A DNA stretch of 64,000 nucleotides from contig NW_004797283.1 in NCBI RefSeq assembly GCF_000002075.1, positions 1,170,551 through 1,234,550 on the forward strand, given 5' to 3'. The notes under the pieces are model-generated. The model saw only the letters and a list, made by a program, of their open reading frames with translations. It had not been told where the DNA came from and made no database searches. A program made the position numbers and the translations under genes. Shown here piece by piece: positions 24,101 to 37,888 of the stretch; the first letter of the stretch is position 1, and every line of letters begins with the position of its first letter. The stretch comes from Aplysia californica (lineage: Eukaryota).

Positions 24101-27100
24101 ACTACAAATAACAACTTCAAGTGATTCAGCGTCATGCTAAAGATGCAACATATTTAAAAACTATACAATGAGGAGTAAAGATCGCCCCACTATTTCTCCC
24201 AATTAAAAATCTCTTAACAAAGTACAAATGTGTTTTAGCAGAGCAAATATCAATGAACATAACCAGAACTCCCCCATTTCATTTGCGAAATATTGTCATT
24301 TCACATCCTTTACAAAAACGTTTTCCATTGCACATGAATGATATTTAAATGCAGGTCCAATAAAGAAAATCATCAAATTAAGCACCATTAGCTTCAATGC
24401 TCTGAGGTGTTTTATCATCAGCAGCACCACTATGGCTACATATCATAAGGAAGCAGATTATAATAATAGTTACATACACACACACAAAAAAAAAAAGCAT
24501 CTACCATCCCACCAGAAAAATGATAGAAAAAAGAAAAACAGAATATTCTCTAAACTTAAAATTGTGAAGCACCAAATAAAAAAGATGATAAAATGAAAAA
24601 AACGAGAGAAGCATTCTCAAACCAAAACCAAAGTCAAGAAAAATTTAAGAGTATACAAAAAATGGACTAACAGTTATGTAAAAATCCAACAACCAAAACA
24701 AAGATAAAATTAAAATATTGCTCCCAAGGTACCAGCTGCCTTCCTCACACTTAAAATATGAACAAGATGTACAATATTTCTTCTTCAGCAAAATTAAAAC
24801 TCCAGTTAGCTTAAATGTCCCAAAGTCATCCAGCTCAGAGATTTTGCACGAAATGAATGACGTTGTGAACGAGCAGCATTAGCCCTGTACCCGATATTGA
24901 TCCAGCAGCTTGATGGGTTTCTCCCACTCCACCTAAAGCCACATAGTATGATTATTCAATGAATGAAAATAGCATGCATTCTTGTTGGACTTCTAAAAGA
25001 CTGGTGTTCTTCTTCCAATGAAGCACAGGTTATGACATGACAGGCTACTTTTCTGTCAACATCACTGATCATCTCTACAAAAAAGTAAAACTGACAGAAA
25101 CTACTGAAACAGATGTCATGGGGATGAGGTGCCACCAAAAGGAACATGCATGAAAAAGCATAAATCAAAGGTAAGAGAATCAGACAATAAAATTTCATGC
25201 TTCACACCATAAGCAGGTCAAGAAACATTAAGCGACAGACAGATGCCACAGACTGCACAGAAAGCGTTCTCAGAACTGAAGCAGAAACAACACTTTTGTA
25301 AGCAAACGGACCTAAAATCTAAGCTGATATGGTTGAGATCATTCCAAAAGTTTTTTAAAAAACCATGGTCAACATTTTTCAGTCATGTTTAAGCCAACGT
25401 TGTTTTTCAAGTTGAAGGAAGGGAACAAATAAAACTCAATAAATGTACATCCCGGACAACCTCTAAACATTTCTGACAAACCTCATTAGTTCCAACCACT
25501 GCAGCCAACTCCTCTGACAATTGACAAGGCCGACTGTAAAGAGAGTCTGATGAGAGAAAGAGCATTGCATGTAATCAACAGAGGCATAACATCTCATGAG
25601 ATGTCGCCACTGCATTCTAGAGAAGCCTTCAAAACAATTTCCTTCCACATGAGTCTTCAAGAGACAATTTACAAGACATGAAAAACTGCATTGACAGTAC
25701 CTGCATAGCATTATGAAGAGCATTGGAAAGGAACAACATTTCTTTTAAGCAAACCCCCCCCCCCCCCCCAAAAAAAAACCCCAAGACTAAATTTACCACA
25801 CACATTACACCAAAAAGACCACAAGTGCGTACATATAGTACATACTGCGTGTTTGTTTCACAAACAAAATAACGCCAAGTTCTTGCTCTGGTTAAATAAC
25901 ACGAGCACAGTATATGAATGTGCTTGCAACACTGAGGACAAAACTAAACAAAAATCTCTTTCCTCATTTTGAATTTACCCGACTGTATGAAAAACAAAAG
26001 TAAACATCAAAAACAAAACAACGGAAGATGAAGAAAATCCTACGCAAGAGACCAAAAAGCTAAGAATGTCCTTGAACAGACAAGTGGCACCCTATTGACA
26101 AATGAACTACTAACAAAAACAATTTTTTTGGAATGACAGAACTAGCATTTCACCAGTTTGAATAAAAGAGCATAGAAAAAAATCTAGCTAATGATTTGAC
26201 TTTTTGCATTTAAGTCTGATACAAAATAGGCACAGACCAAATTAATCCAATGGGGGGGGGGGGGGGGGGGCATTTTGAATATTGTAAACATCTAGGTACT
26301 TTCAACAGGATTGCATTCCTTTTTTATTCATCAAACATTCACCATAAAATTAAGCCATAAAGCTACTAAAACTTTGAGAAATTTCAAACATGATTGTAAA
26401 ATAAGTAGGTAAGCAAAATAACATAAGTTCAATTTGAAAACAAAAACTTCAGAACAGCTGAATAACAAGATTCAAACAACCAAAGCAGTATCAAATAATT
26501 ATCTCACAAGTGTGAGAAAACAAGACTTATTCACGATAGTTTTGATAAGAGTCTTATAAAAATATTGTATTAATTTAAGGATTTAGAAACCTGCCCTAAA
26601 TATGTATCAGGGCTCCCATCCCTCAAGGAGAAAAACAATTTCCGATTTATTTCCGTTTTCTCCTGGATTTTGTAACCATTTTCAAGGTGATTTCCTTTTT
26701 TAAAAAAATAAGAACAGAGCAAAGAAGAAGAAAGGAAAAGAAATGCAAGGTAAAATTCTTACTAATGCATGGATAGTCCCTTTCCGTGGAGTGTCAAGGA
26801 CAGGGGATGTACATTCAAGGGTGAATGTAATGTAAGCAAAGACCTGATGAAAGACGTCTCAGCAGGCTCAGCATTGTCAAGTTCAGAAAAAACTAAAAGA
26901 GGGACAGGGGCTAGTAACTGGATGTCGGCTTGGCCCTTGCAAAAACAAAACAAACCAACAGGACATGTCACACGTCTCTGATCCTGACTGTACATCACTA
27001 TATATACCATGCGGCGTGCCGCAGCTGATTATTTCAAGTTTCAAACTTGATCTGGCTTTTCTGTTTGTTTTTTTTATTCTCTCATTGGCCTGGGCCGTCA

Positions 27101-30100
27101 TCCATAAACACAAAAAGACAGGTATCTTTTAACACCTTGTCAAACTAATGTTGGTCTTACTCCTGGCTTTGGCGCAACTAATGTTTTTTCTGAGGGCAAA
27201 GTGGCACTGAGTGACTACAAGGGGGTCTGTGCACAGAGAGTGTTTCAGTTTAAGTTAGAAAGCTGTATGTGACATAGTGACGAAGACCGTTGGGGTCTAA
27301 TCGTTGTTTTTTTCTTATGTGCCGGGAAAGACGGGATGACAGGTTGGCATAGCTGAACGTCCAATAAATCTTTCAAAATCAGTATCAGGGGTCGTATTTT
27401 CGTAAAACTGACCCCAAAAAAATTGGTAATGATTCCGCTAAATTAATAATGATGAGCAGCCCTTTCATTTCTCAGCTTGCTCCCGTTCATCTTCCTTCTC
27501 ATTCATTTTCATGGTGTTTTCTCAACCGAGAAATCTGAAAATGAAATTGCTTGTTTTCTCAGTTTCCTATTTGGAATGGGAACCCTGATATATGTAAACT
27601 GAAAGTAAATCTCACTTTTTCTACTTTTACAGTAAACAGATACATGGGAAACCTTACAACAACAGCTAAGTCTATGGATAGTTTTAACTCTTTAAAACAT
27701 ACTGTAAACAGTAAATAAGCCTCTAAAACTGATGTGTGACGCAAAACAAAATATCAAACTAAATTTTGACATTTGTTTTCAAATCATTTATTTGAGCCCA
27801 CTTAACAGTTTCAAGATTTTTCTCTTTCAAAAAAATCAAATCAAAAATGTTTGAACAAAATTTTCACCAAAATCTACTATGACCTTTTCTTCAAGTAAGT
27901 CAACTTCATTCATAGTCGATGTAAAGTTTTGAAAAATATTCCAAGACAAGGAATTTCTCTAAGCAAATCAAAAACATTAAACTTCATGATGAGATGTCAT
28001 CTTCATTATAATCAAGCATTATTTTGAAAACATAACAAGCCAATGAAAAACAAAAACTCAAATTTAGTTTTCACCCCCTCCCCCCCCCAAACCAAACACA
28101 CAAAATAATTACTAAGCACAACACAACAAATTTTGATCCTGTCAGACAGACAATGAATACTGCTTAATTAAAAATTCTGAACACCTGCAGTCGAAATTGT
28201 CTAAGACTTCCACCAAAAAAATTTTTTTTTTACGCGAGAGGAGGGAATGGAAAGTGGCTGTTTGCAGAGGTGATCATCTTAGACAGGTGGGCATTAAAAC
28301 AAGTTCGACTGCATATCCACTATTCTAAAACGAGTTAGCAGACCATGCACAACTATATAGTGTCACACATTCATTTGTCACCAGGAAAAACGAGGCTTCA
28401 GCATAAAAAAAGTACAGTTTAAAGGACACAAATAAATAACACAAGTACCTGTCATTAAATCTAGGATTTTGTCTATACAACAATTCCCAAACTGAAAATA
28501 ATTATCCTCGACAACGATGAAAGTAAAAAAGTTACGCTGTAAAAAGTACCCGTAAGACAAAGTTTTTGGGCTTCATTCTCAACAACTAAAGCCTCATTTT
28601 GACTGACCATAAGACAAATATTAGGGTCTGACACTGATGGATTACAACAGCAGTACTAGAAATGAACAGACAGTAATTGAAAAAAAAATATAGCACAAAA
28701 ACAGATCCAGACACATAAGCATTAAAAGTAACATCATTTCTCACTTTTTCAACAACAAATTGTTCCTTCAGCAAGTATGAAATAAAAAATGAACACAGAT
28801 CTGTTTCAGTACTATACATTAAGCAATGCGAGACACTTTGTTCTTTTACTGGGCCTGAATAAGAATAAACTACTTACTTTTCTTCTTTTTCTGATCAGGA
28901 TCCTTTTCTTTTTCCTTCTTTTTTGGCTTTGGCTGTGACACAAAATAGGAATAAAGACATTTTTAAAAATCTCAATATTATCCGTGATGGTAACAGCAAA
29001 TTGCTAAACCAGATTTTTAGAGACCATACAATACAAATACAGTCGAACCTGTCATAACAACCATCTGTCCAAAACAATCACCTGAACAAACAATCACTTC
29101 CCACCTTGTGTTTTTTCTAATTTATAATGACACTGACCAAGAGGACCATCTGTCAGAGATTATAACTTTTCAGACTTCTCCTCCACAACATGTGAACGTC
29201 TTTGACAGGTTTGACTGTATTAATTTACATCCACAGGCATCCCCAAGTCAATAAATCCCCCAAAAATATTCAAGACACTGTTTATATCAGTCCAAAAAGC
29301 AGCCAAATACTAGCAATTTCTTTTATTTCAAAATGGTAATCCATTTGCTATCAATTTCGTCATGATTGGATGGAAGTAAAGCAATGAAATCAGTTCTAAA
29401 AAATTTAGATCTGCCCGCCACCTCCTTCTTTTCTGTCTCCATAACAAGCCATATAACATGATCTTTGGAAGAAATAAAAATTTTGTCTATTGAACTGTAC
29501 GGCGTCAATTAAAGCAAACCCGATTTAAAACAGCACTGCGTAAGAAACAAAAATAATTGAGCTTTGATCATAAAATACATGCATTTAAGCCTATAATAAT
29601 CTACTTGTGCACTATTTCTACTACTATTTTAATCTTGGGGTTCCTGTGCAGCAGCGTGCACAAAATGAATGTGAATTTTTGCACATTTAATTCTCTTGAC
29701 AAAATAGGTAAAAATAAAACGCTGCACCACACAGCCTCACAAAGAACATGGGCCTACCTGATATATTTCTGCAAAAGAGTGATTTTCAAGGAAAAAAAAC
29801 ACCAGCAAATATCAGTTAATGATGATGTAAGGGCAGGGGGGAGCGTGAGAAATCAGATGTCACTTTAGATCCAGTACAAAAATAGCAGTAATATCATAGT
29901 AATAAAGAGACTTTTTAGTTGCAAAAGAATGGGTCCTTGATAAAATTTTTGAATGCTTAAAGCTCCAAAATGTTCTGTGGTTTTTTGTCGTACAAACAAC
30001 TTTTTCACTGCAAGCATTCTTCTGGGCAATTAAATAATCCTCCTCTACTCCCAAACCGAAAATCCACAAATCTAAACAAAAAGAGAAGTTTTACAGAAGC

Positions 30101-33100
30101 AAACAAAAAAAATCCTTCAGATTCCGCTTTAAATAACCAACAGAAGAAATTAACATCTTACTTGAGGGGCTGCTCTGCGAGCCGCTCTTCGACGGAGACC
30201 TGATTCTTCCTCCTGTAATTTTTTGGCAAGATCTTCATCATCCATCTAAGAAAAAAAGTGAGCAAAAATGTATTATGTCTTGCGGTAACTATGCTCAAAG
30301 ACCAAGAAAACGTTTCTTTGTTTGGTTGTTAAACTGAGTACTCGTGCAGAAAATCCATCAAGAGAAGTAGCTACAACCTCCCTTGAAACTCATTCTGTGC
30401 AGTCAAGGCATTCTTCTGAGGTGGAAATTAAAGCTTCCCTTCTTCTAGTTTCTAAAGTTGGCAGCTCTATATGTGTTATTAATGACTAAAAACAGGTAAC
30501 ACAAGGTCTTGCAAGTGATCTTGGCGGTTCTCGTGACAACAATCAGAAAGGAGCCGTCTCTCCTTTTTTTGCTCTTTTCATTGGCATTCTGCTCCACACA
30601 AACAAATTTGTCACATGAAGTCTGTGTTATCAGGGGTTACCTGGGTACCTTAATAAACATTGCACTTTAATTTACACTTGGCACTAAAGACAACTGTTTT
30701 CACCTCACATAGGTGAACCCACATTAAGTCACCACAAAGTTACTTAGAGGTAAAAAAAAAAAAGAAAAAGAAAGACACTCATTGCAACCTGCACACACCT
30801 TTGACCATCCAACATACAGATATAGGAAGCATAGACAGCTCTATTTCCTTTCCCAATAACATAAAAGATAAGAACATGGCTATTCTAAGAAACACAAAAA
30901 CACAGCTACAGTGCTCAACACTACAAAAGCTACCTGTTTGATACTGGACATCACAGGATCCTCACTGTCATCTGCTTTTCCTGCTGACTTTCGCTTAGCA
31001 GACTTTGGCTGAAAGTGATAAGAAATTTTATTTAAAGATCTCTTGCGCCACCCTAGCCTTCATGCCATCAACAGGCAAAAAATCAAATATTCATACAGGC
31101 CATAATAACTTATAGTCAAACATACTTTATGAAGAAAGACTTGAGCCATTGACTGTAAAGTGCACAAATTTAAAATCAATGGAAAAATGTCAAGGTATAG
31201 CGTTACTAGTAAGTAGCAAAAGATTAAAGGAGTACCCCCTGCCAAGACGAAGAAGATTGAACGGAACATAAGAGAGATATAGGCATTTGAATGTTGATAC
31301 CAGAAAACCAAAAAATATCCCAAAAAGTAAGGGGAAAAAAATCCACACATTTTTCTGTTTATTTTCCAATACCAGCCGGAAGTCTTCATTTTTTTTCCGA
31401 AACAAAAAACAATTTTCAAAGTCTCGTTAACAAAGTCTTCTATTTTTTTAGGCATTGCGTATGTTCAACAAAGGAAGCTGTGATTCATTAAAGAACAGTT
31501 GAGAATTAAATTTGTGAAAATTTGACAGCATATTATTAAAAAGGTGAATGTTTGTGCAGGTATAATGGCAGTCAAAGGTTAACTATAAAAACTTTCATAT
31601 CATTATGCTCCTAAGAATGATATTGACCTAGCTAAGTACTTGAAAAACAGTTGCTCTTTTTTGTTTTGTTGTTTTGGGTTTCTTTCCCTACATAAGGAAA
31701 TAAGATAAAGAGTCGGATCAATCGTTTCTCATAAATATTATGTAAGTTACTCTACCACAGTGAAAAATGAATTCAGAGTTGGCTATCCACAAATTTTGTG
31801 CCTTGTATTTTGAATAAACACCATTGTGAAAACGATCTGTCTGATCCCATCATGCCCATGACATTCTGAGGGGAGAGACTCCCAATCTGTAAATAAAATT
31901 GACTTTGTACTGCAAAAGACTAAAGGACTCCCTGATATACTTCCCGCATACCATTTTTTTTTAGGTAGTGGAAAATTTATTTCTAGGAAGGCTCTTTCCA
32001 CACTTGAAAATGGCACCTTACAAAATGTTCTACGGCACTCGATGTAAATTTTCTGCAGTGTCAAACAAAACAAGACGGAGCACACTTCAGCAGCTGATCA
32101 ATATTGCAAATTAACCTTTTAAAGACACCAGAGACGTCAAAATTAAAGAATGTAAGACAGATTTACTTCTGCATTAGCTGATCTATCTGTTGGAGGTTTC
32201 TGTCACCAGAAAATCGAGTTCATTACTATAAATCACAGCTTCTAGCCCCATCGTTTGTCATTCACTGAGTTTAGACCACTCAACTTCCAAACTTTAAGAA
32301 ATCTCATATGCCAGGGGTACCTATATCCTTCACTTAGAGTCAGAATTCCATGAACGTTTTATTATACTACACATTTCAATGAGATAAATGATAACCATAA
32401 AGTCAGCCCATACAAGAAAATACGGATACACCATACCTTTGCTGATGATGAAGATGTTGACTTTTTCGCTTTCTTCTTTGGAACCTGATGCAAATAAAAG
32501 TGGTTTTATTAAAGTTTTATCAACTGCACAAGCATTTTAAGAATACAAAAGACAATGAAAAACTATCCAATAATCAGTAGTGTTGCAGACACACAAGGTT
32601 ATTTCTCACGAGACACAGAGTCTTATTTAAAAAAAAAAATCCTTGCCCCATCTCAGTCTCACTTATAGCAAGACACTGTCAGACCCTTTCTCTCCTTTAA
32701 AAACTGATTATCATTCAAGTCCTAATAAACAAACTTATCTAATTTGATGTGGCTTTGTAATAAAACCAGCTGATCTGATTCAACTTGTAAATTCAAAGGA
32801 TAATTAATTAAAGATAACCATATTATTAATACTCAGCAACACAATATGCCTTCTACATGACACCAAAATTTCAAGCAGAGAACTGAAACCATTTCAAAAC
32901 ATGACATACATCCAAGAACAAGACAATCTGAACCATTTGCCACCCATGCACTGTCCATACACCTCATTATAATATTACATGCACCAGGTCAATGGCAGTG
33001 AACTCCTCACTCGAAAGACATGTAAAAAAATTTAAAAACCTTATATGTTTAAGAAAGGAACAATACAATCTCTTTTGCCTGTAAACACACCACATCGAGA

Positions 33101-36100
33101 GGCCAACAGAAAAATTTGATTCAAGAGAAAACAGATTGTTCTCTTTCCCCATGAGCTATCAACATGATCCTTCATTCAAGAAATACACAAGTAGACAACA
33201 CAACTCCCATGATTCCCATGACCCGGCACATAACGACAATAAAGGTGCCTCATAAATACATACAAAAACTCCCAGAGACAACTCAGCAGCTCAAACAAGC
33301 CTGCAAATGACTTCAGGTTCAAAAACCAGCACACCACAGGATAATGACTGCCATTACCTCATCCTCTGACTCTTCCTCACTAGCAGCACCATTCTGATCT
33401 TCATTTGCCTCAGCTTCATCATCGGAATTTGCCTCTGTTCTGTCTTCCTTGTCTGCAGCTGCTTCTTCATCTTTTTCTTCTTCTTCCTCTTCTTCGTCAT
33501 TGATCATTTCCATGACCAATTTATCAATTTCCTTTTTCCTGAGACAACAAAACAAGTATATTTATGAATAACATAATACATTTTTTAGAACAAACTGAAT
33601 TATTCAAAATAATTTAAATTGCTGTACACAACCAAGGCTAAGAAGCCTAACGTCTCTTTGTTCTCAAACAATCACATCATGCTCCACAGCATAGATGTAA
33701 AGATTTAAAAGAAACACATTTTATAGTGGATAAAAATCAAGAAAAGATTATATTCCCTGGGGTTGTAGTCCACAATTTGGTGCTGTTATTTAGAATAATC
33801 AAAAAGTCACTTTTGTTCTCTTGCATATTTTGTTCCTGAAGACTTCACTGAAACTGAGTGAAAAAAGAAACACATACCAGTCAGAGCTAATGGCCATTAG
33901 GTGTATGGGTGTGATTATGAATTTATAGCTTCGAAAAGCATGTCAAATACAATGAGACACAAAGTCATAAATTGAAGTTTTGGTGTTTCACGTTTTCAGT
34001 CAGAAGTGCCATCTACAGATTCTACAATATAATTACTTAAAGATGGTATCATTTGGCTCTATCCCATAAGTTTTCACAACCGGACAATCATTAACTTGAG
34101 TCCATATGAAAGCTCCCTCTTAAAATCTTGTGGTTGCTTTTATTTTCATTCCTTCAACTGTACTGCACATTCTATGCAAGTTTGCTAGAGCTAACAATGA
34201 AGGAGAAAGCAGCAAGCACATTTCTTTGTTGACTCTATGGAAACCGAAACTGAAACTTTTGAAATTCATCCTATTCTACAACTGCCCCGACGAATACAAA
34301 TGGTAAACTCACCTCTCAGACAAATCTGTGTCAAACTTTTGTTCTAACTGCTTTCTCACTTTCTTCGTAGAAAGGTTGTCAAGATCTGCTCCTTTGAGGA
34401 TGCCTGAGGAGTTATTATAGCATTAAAAGAGAAATACAACGATAAAATGTAAAACACTGTAATAATAACATCATCAGTTGCATTTAGTCTTTAGTTGTAA
34501 TTTATACATATATTGTTCTTGTCCAACAGTCCTTGGTCTGTCTTGTTGTAAAGAGAAATCTTTAGACAACATAAATAATAATAATAATAATAAAAATAAT
34601 AATAATAGTCCTGTCAACGTCTGATGATGACCAACTCTTCCAGGCAGGAGAATATTTCTAAAATTTCTTAATAAGCAAAATAAAAGAAATTTAGGGTTAA
34701 GAGGACAAGTTGTAGTTTCTGCAATGGCCAGTGAGACCAGTTCTAGCAGAGCAAAAAATGTAAAAATGTCAGTTTCCATGGTCTCTCAAGCATGGAAAAT
34801 ATAACCAAACTTAGACAACCATTTTCTTGCTAATTTTACCTCTGAAACCAAGCAATCAGCAATCCCACCTCATTCAATCGCAAATATCTCGACTTGTATT
34901 CACGATAAATGGATATTTCTTTAGTCGAAAGCAAGGCAAATGTACACGCTTTCGGATAATCCGGTTTTGGCCCCAACAAAAAACTATGAAGTGTGGGTTT
35001 TGGCTTCACCGAAGATTACTTTTGATTCTAAACGATTACTTTTCGACACGCGTGCCGATATGTTTGATGCACAGCGAGCAAAAGATATTAAACCTAATTG
35101 AATTACAAGACATCAACCCCCCCTCTCTAACATGTTTTTATGAGGACAAGCTTCCCCTAAAACCCCCCTTGTTAAAAACATGTGAAATATTAGTAATATT
35201 ACTGCTTATTTTATACGGAAAAATTGTAATTTTTTACTTTTAGACCCGCATGCAGATACACTGTTTTGAGGGCTAAACTACTTAAATTTTCACTGCAGAA
35301 CACATGGCCACGAAAGCCCTTTGCTACTAAAATACCAAATCATGGTGAAATGCAGGCGGAGCATGCATGTACCCTCCATGTTGTTAAAAACAAGTTAAAT
35401 TCAAATATATGCCATTGGTACTATTGTAGAATAGTTATATATAGCAATCCATAATCTCATAAAAACTAATAACTTGCAGTGGACATAAAGTCAAAATTTG
35501 TGTAAAGCAGTTAAAAATAAACCAGAAAAGTGCTTTAGAATATCTAAGCTTGGGACGGGTCTATGAGTAAAATAATACCTGAAAAATATCAGTGCATCTC
35601 TCGCTTTCTTTCAAAGTCAGAGTGTATAGATTCATAATCCAGTACTCCTGGGACCAAAACCGGGGAAGAGAATGCCAAAGCTTTAACCCTGGTCCTGCAG
35701 GAGCCAGGTTTATAATGTTCCCCGATAAGCCTATTTCGGCACCTCGCCTTCGTTCTGGTCCAGTGTCAGTTCAGGCCTGGCTCAACGCACATGCACAGAG
35801 CATCACCCATGTTCCGTTCGGGTCCTGTTATTTTCTTCATCCACTAACACACTCCCACGGTATTCAGGCCCGCTCCCTGTACACCAACGGTACACGCTGA
35901 GTGACCCCGGCGGCCCGCCCGGAATGTCCGATGTAATAGGTTGCTGATAAGATTCACATCTCGGCACAACATGCAGGACAAAGTTAACACACCCCCACGG
36001 TAATCACAGCGAAAACACACGTTTCCAAGGCCGCTCGATGTACACCAATGGTACACGCTGAGTGACCTCGGCCATCCGGAACGTTCGACGTAATAGGTTG

Positions 36101-37850
36101 CTGATAAGACGTAATAGGTTGCATCTCGGAACACGACGCAGGACAAGAGTTTAAAAGGGGGAAATACCAATTATAACTCCACTTGCCCAAAAATTGACAA
36201 GCGCCGGATTCCACCTTGTCTTGACACAATTCAGTCTCTTAGAAAGTCTAGGTACTAGATCTAGTACTATGTTGTGTGGGGACTCCACATGGCATGACAT
36301 GAGACAGAAAATTAAATGAAAATAATCCTCACTAAGACTAAGACCTAGACTAGAGGGGAAAAAAACTCTATTCTAATAGAAGTCTTATTCTTACAAGCGG
36401 ATAACTAGAGAACGACAACTTAACGCCATTGGCCGATATTTATAGTAACAGCAATCTTGTTTGACTTCGCAAGGTGGATGCCTGCCTCGTCATCTGATTG
36501 TGATTCTATATATATCTAGGCCTAGATCTAGGCTAGTGATGATTTTGCATAGCGCACCGTTTGCACTGGCAGTTTCCAAGCTCCTTACACCCTTCCTTAT
36601 AAGATCTACATTTGTAGTTCTACTCCAATTGCAGCTCAGCGTCTTATTGAGTCCAATCTCTAGTAAGTGCATAATTTCTTGTGTGCTGAAAAAACTTTAA
36701 AAGAAATGATCCATCATTTGCACTGCGTGTCGTTGGACTTTGTTGAACTTGCTTTCGTAGCCTATCCAAATTGACGTAGGCCTACTCTTAGTCTTCTTCT
36801 CAGTTTACCTAGTGTACAGCATCAGAATAAATAAGAAGGGTGCTGCACAATCACAGACAACCGAACCCATCAGTTCTGCAAGTTGAAAACAAAAATTGAA
36901 TCTACTAATCCGAGTCGGCAGGCTGCCGTCGTGCTGTCGTGTTGCTACCAAGAATGACAACAAAGTGGGAATCCCTCAATGACGTCAAACAAGATGGCTT
37001 TTACTACAAATATCGGCCAATGGCCATGGCGTTTAGACTTTAGTTGTCGTTCTCTCTAATTCTAATTGGAAGTGGCTATCCTCACCCGTGGTGAGAATAA
37101 AAATACGATCTACCTCTCACCCCGGGTGAGACTTGCCAGCATTGGCTATTCTCACCCGATGTGAAACAAGACCTGTTTTTCCTAATTTCGGAATTATACT
37201 GTCTATCAGTGTGGATGATGAGATACACAAAAACAAAGAAAAAAATGGTGCTTTTTCGGTAGTTCCCACCCCCTTATTTTAGCCTAGATCTACGTCTAGA
37301 TCTACGTTTGATGCGCGGCAAGCTAAGATATCAAACCTAACAACTGCAAAACATCAAATTATGGTAAAATTAGGGGGGGAACCCCCGCCGCCTTATTTTT
37401 ATTAGTTAGGGGGCAAGCCCCCCTGAACCCCCCCCCCCCCTTACTCTTGGCCAAAATCCGCAAATAACAATGGCGGGGTGGGAACTACTGAAAAAGCGTC
37501 GAAAAAAATGACGTTATAGATTCTAGATCTAGATCTAGCACAAAAGTAAATTAATTTGGTCCTCTTTTTTATTTTTATTTTTATTTTTTTTAGTAGAGGG
37601 TTTTACGGCGGGCCACCTCTATTCTCACCCCGGGTGAGAAAAGTGCAGGCGAGTCTTTTGGCTAAATTCTCACCCGGTGCGCGTTCACCGTTATAGCCTA
37701 GATCTAGGCCAACTAATTTTGCGTTCAACACCCTAAACCACAGAATTCTACACTGTGATAACAGAAAAATTGTAGAATTCTGTGCCGTGAACAAACGTTC
37801 CATTACTACTGTTAGCCTACTAAAAGCGTACAATTTTGTTTGTGAGCAGT

Positions 37851-37888
<38 letters not shown>

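Noticed and set aside
24880-24932. Possible alternative exon VEWEKPIKLLDQYRVQG* in spp27-like intron 8
   Set aside because: Weak pyrimidine tract, interrupts the SWIB domain, no supporting motif.
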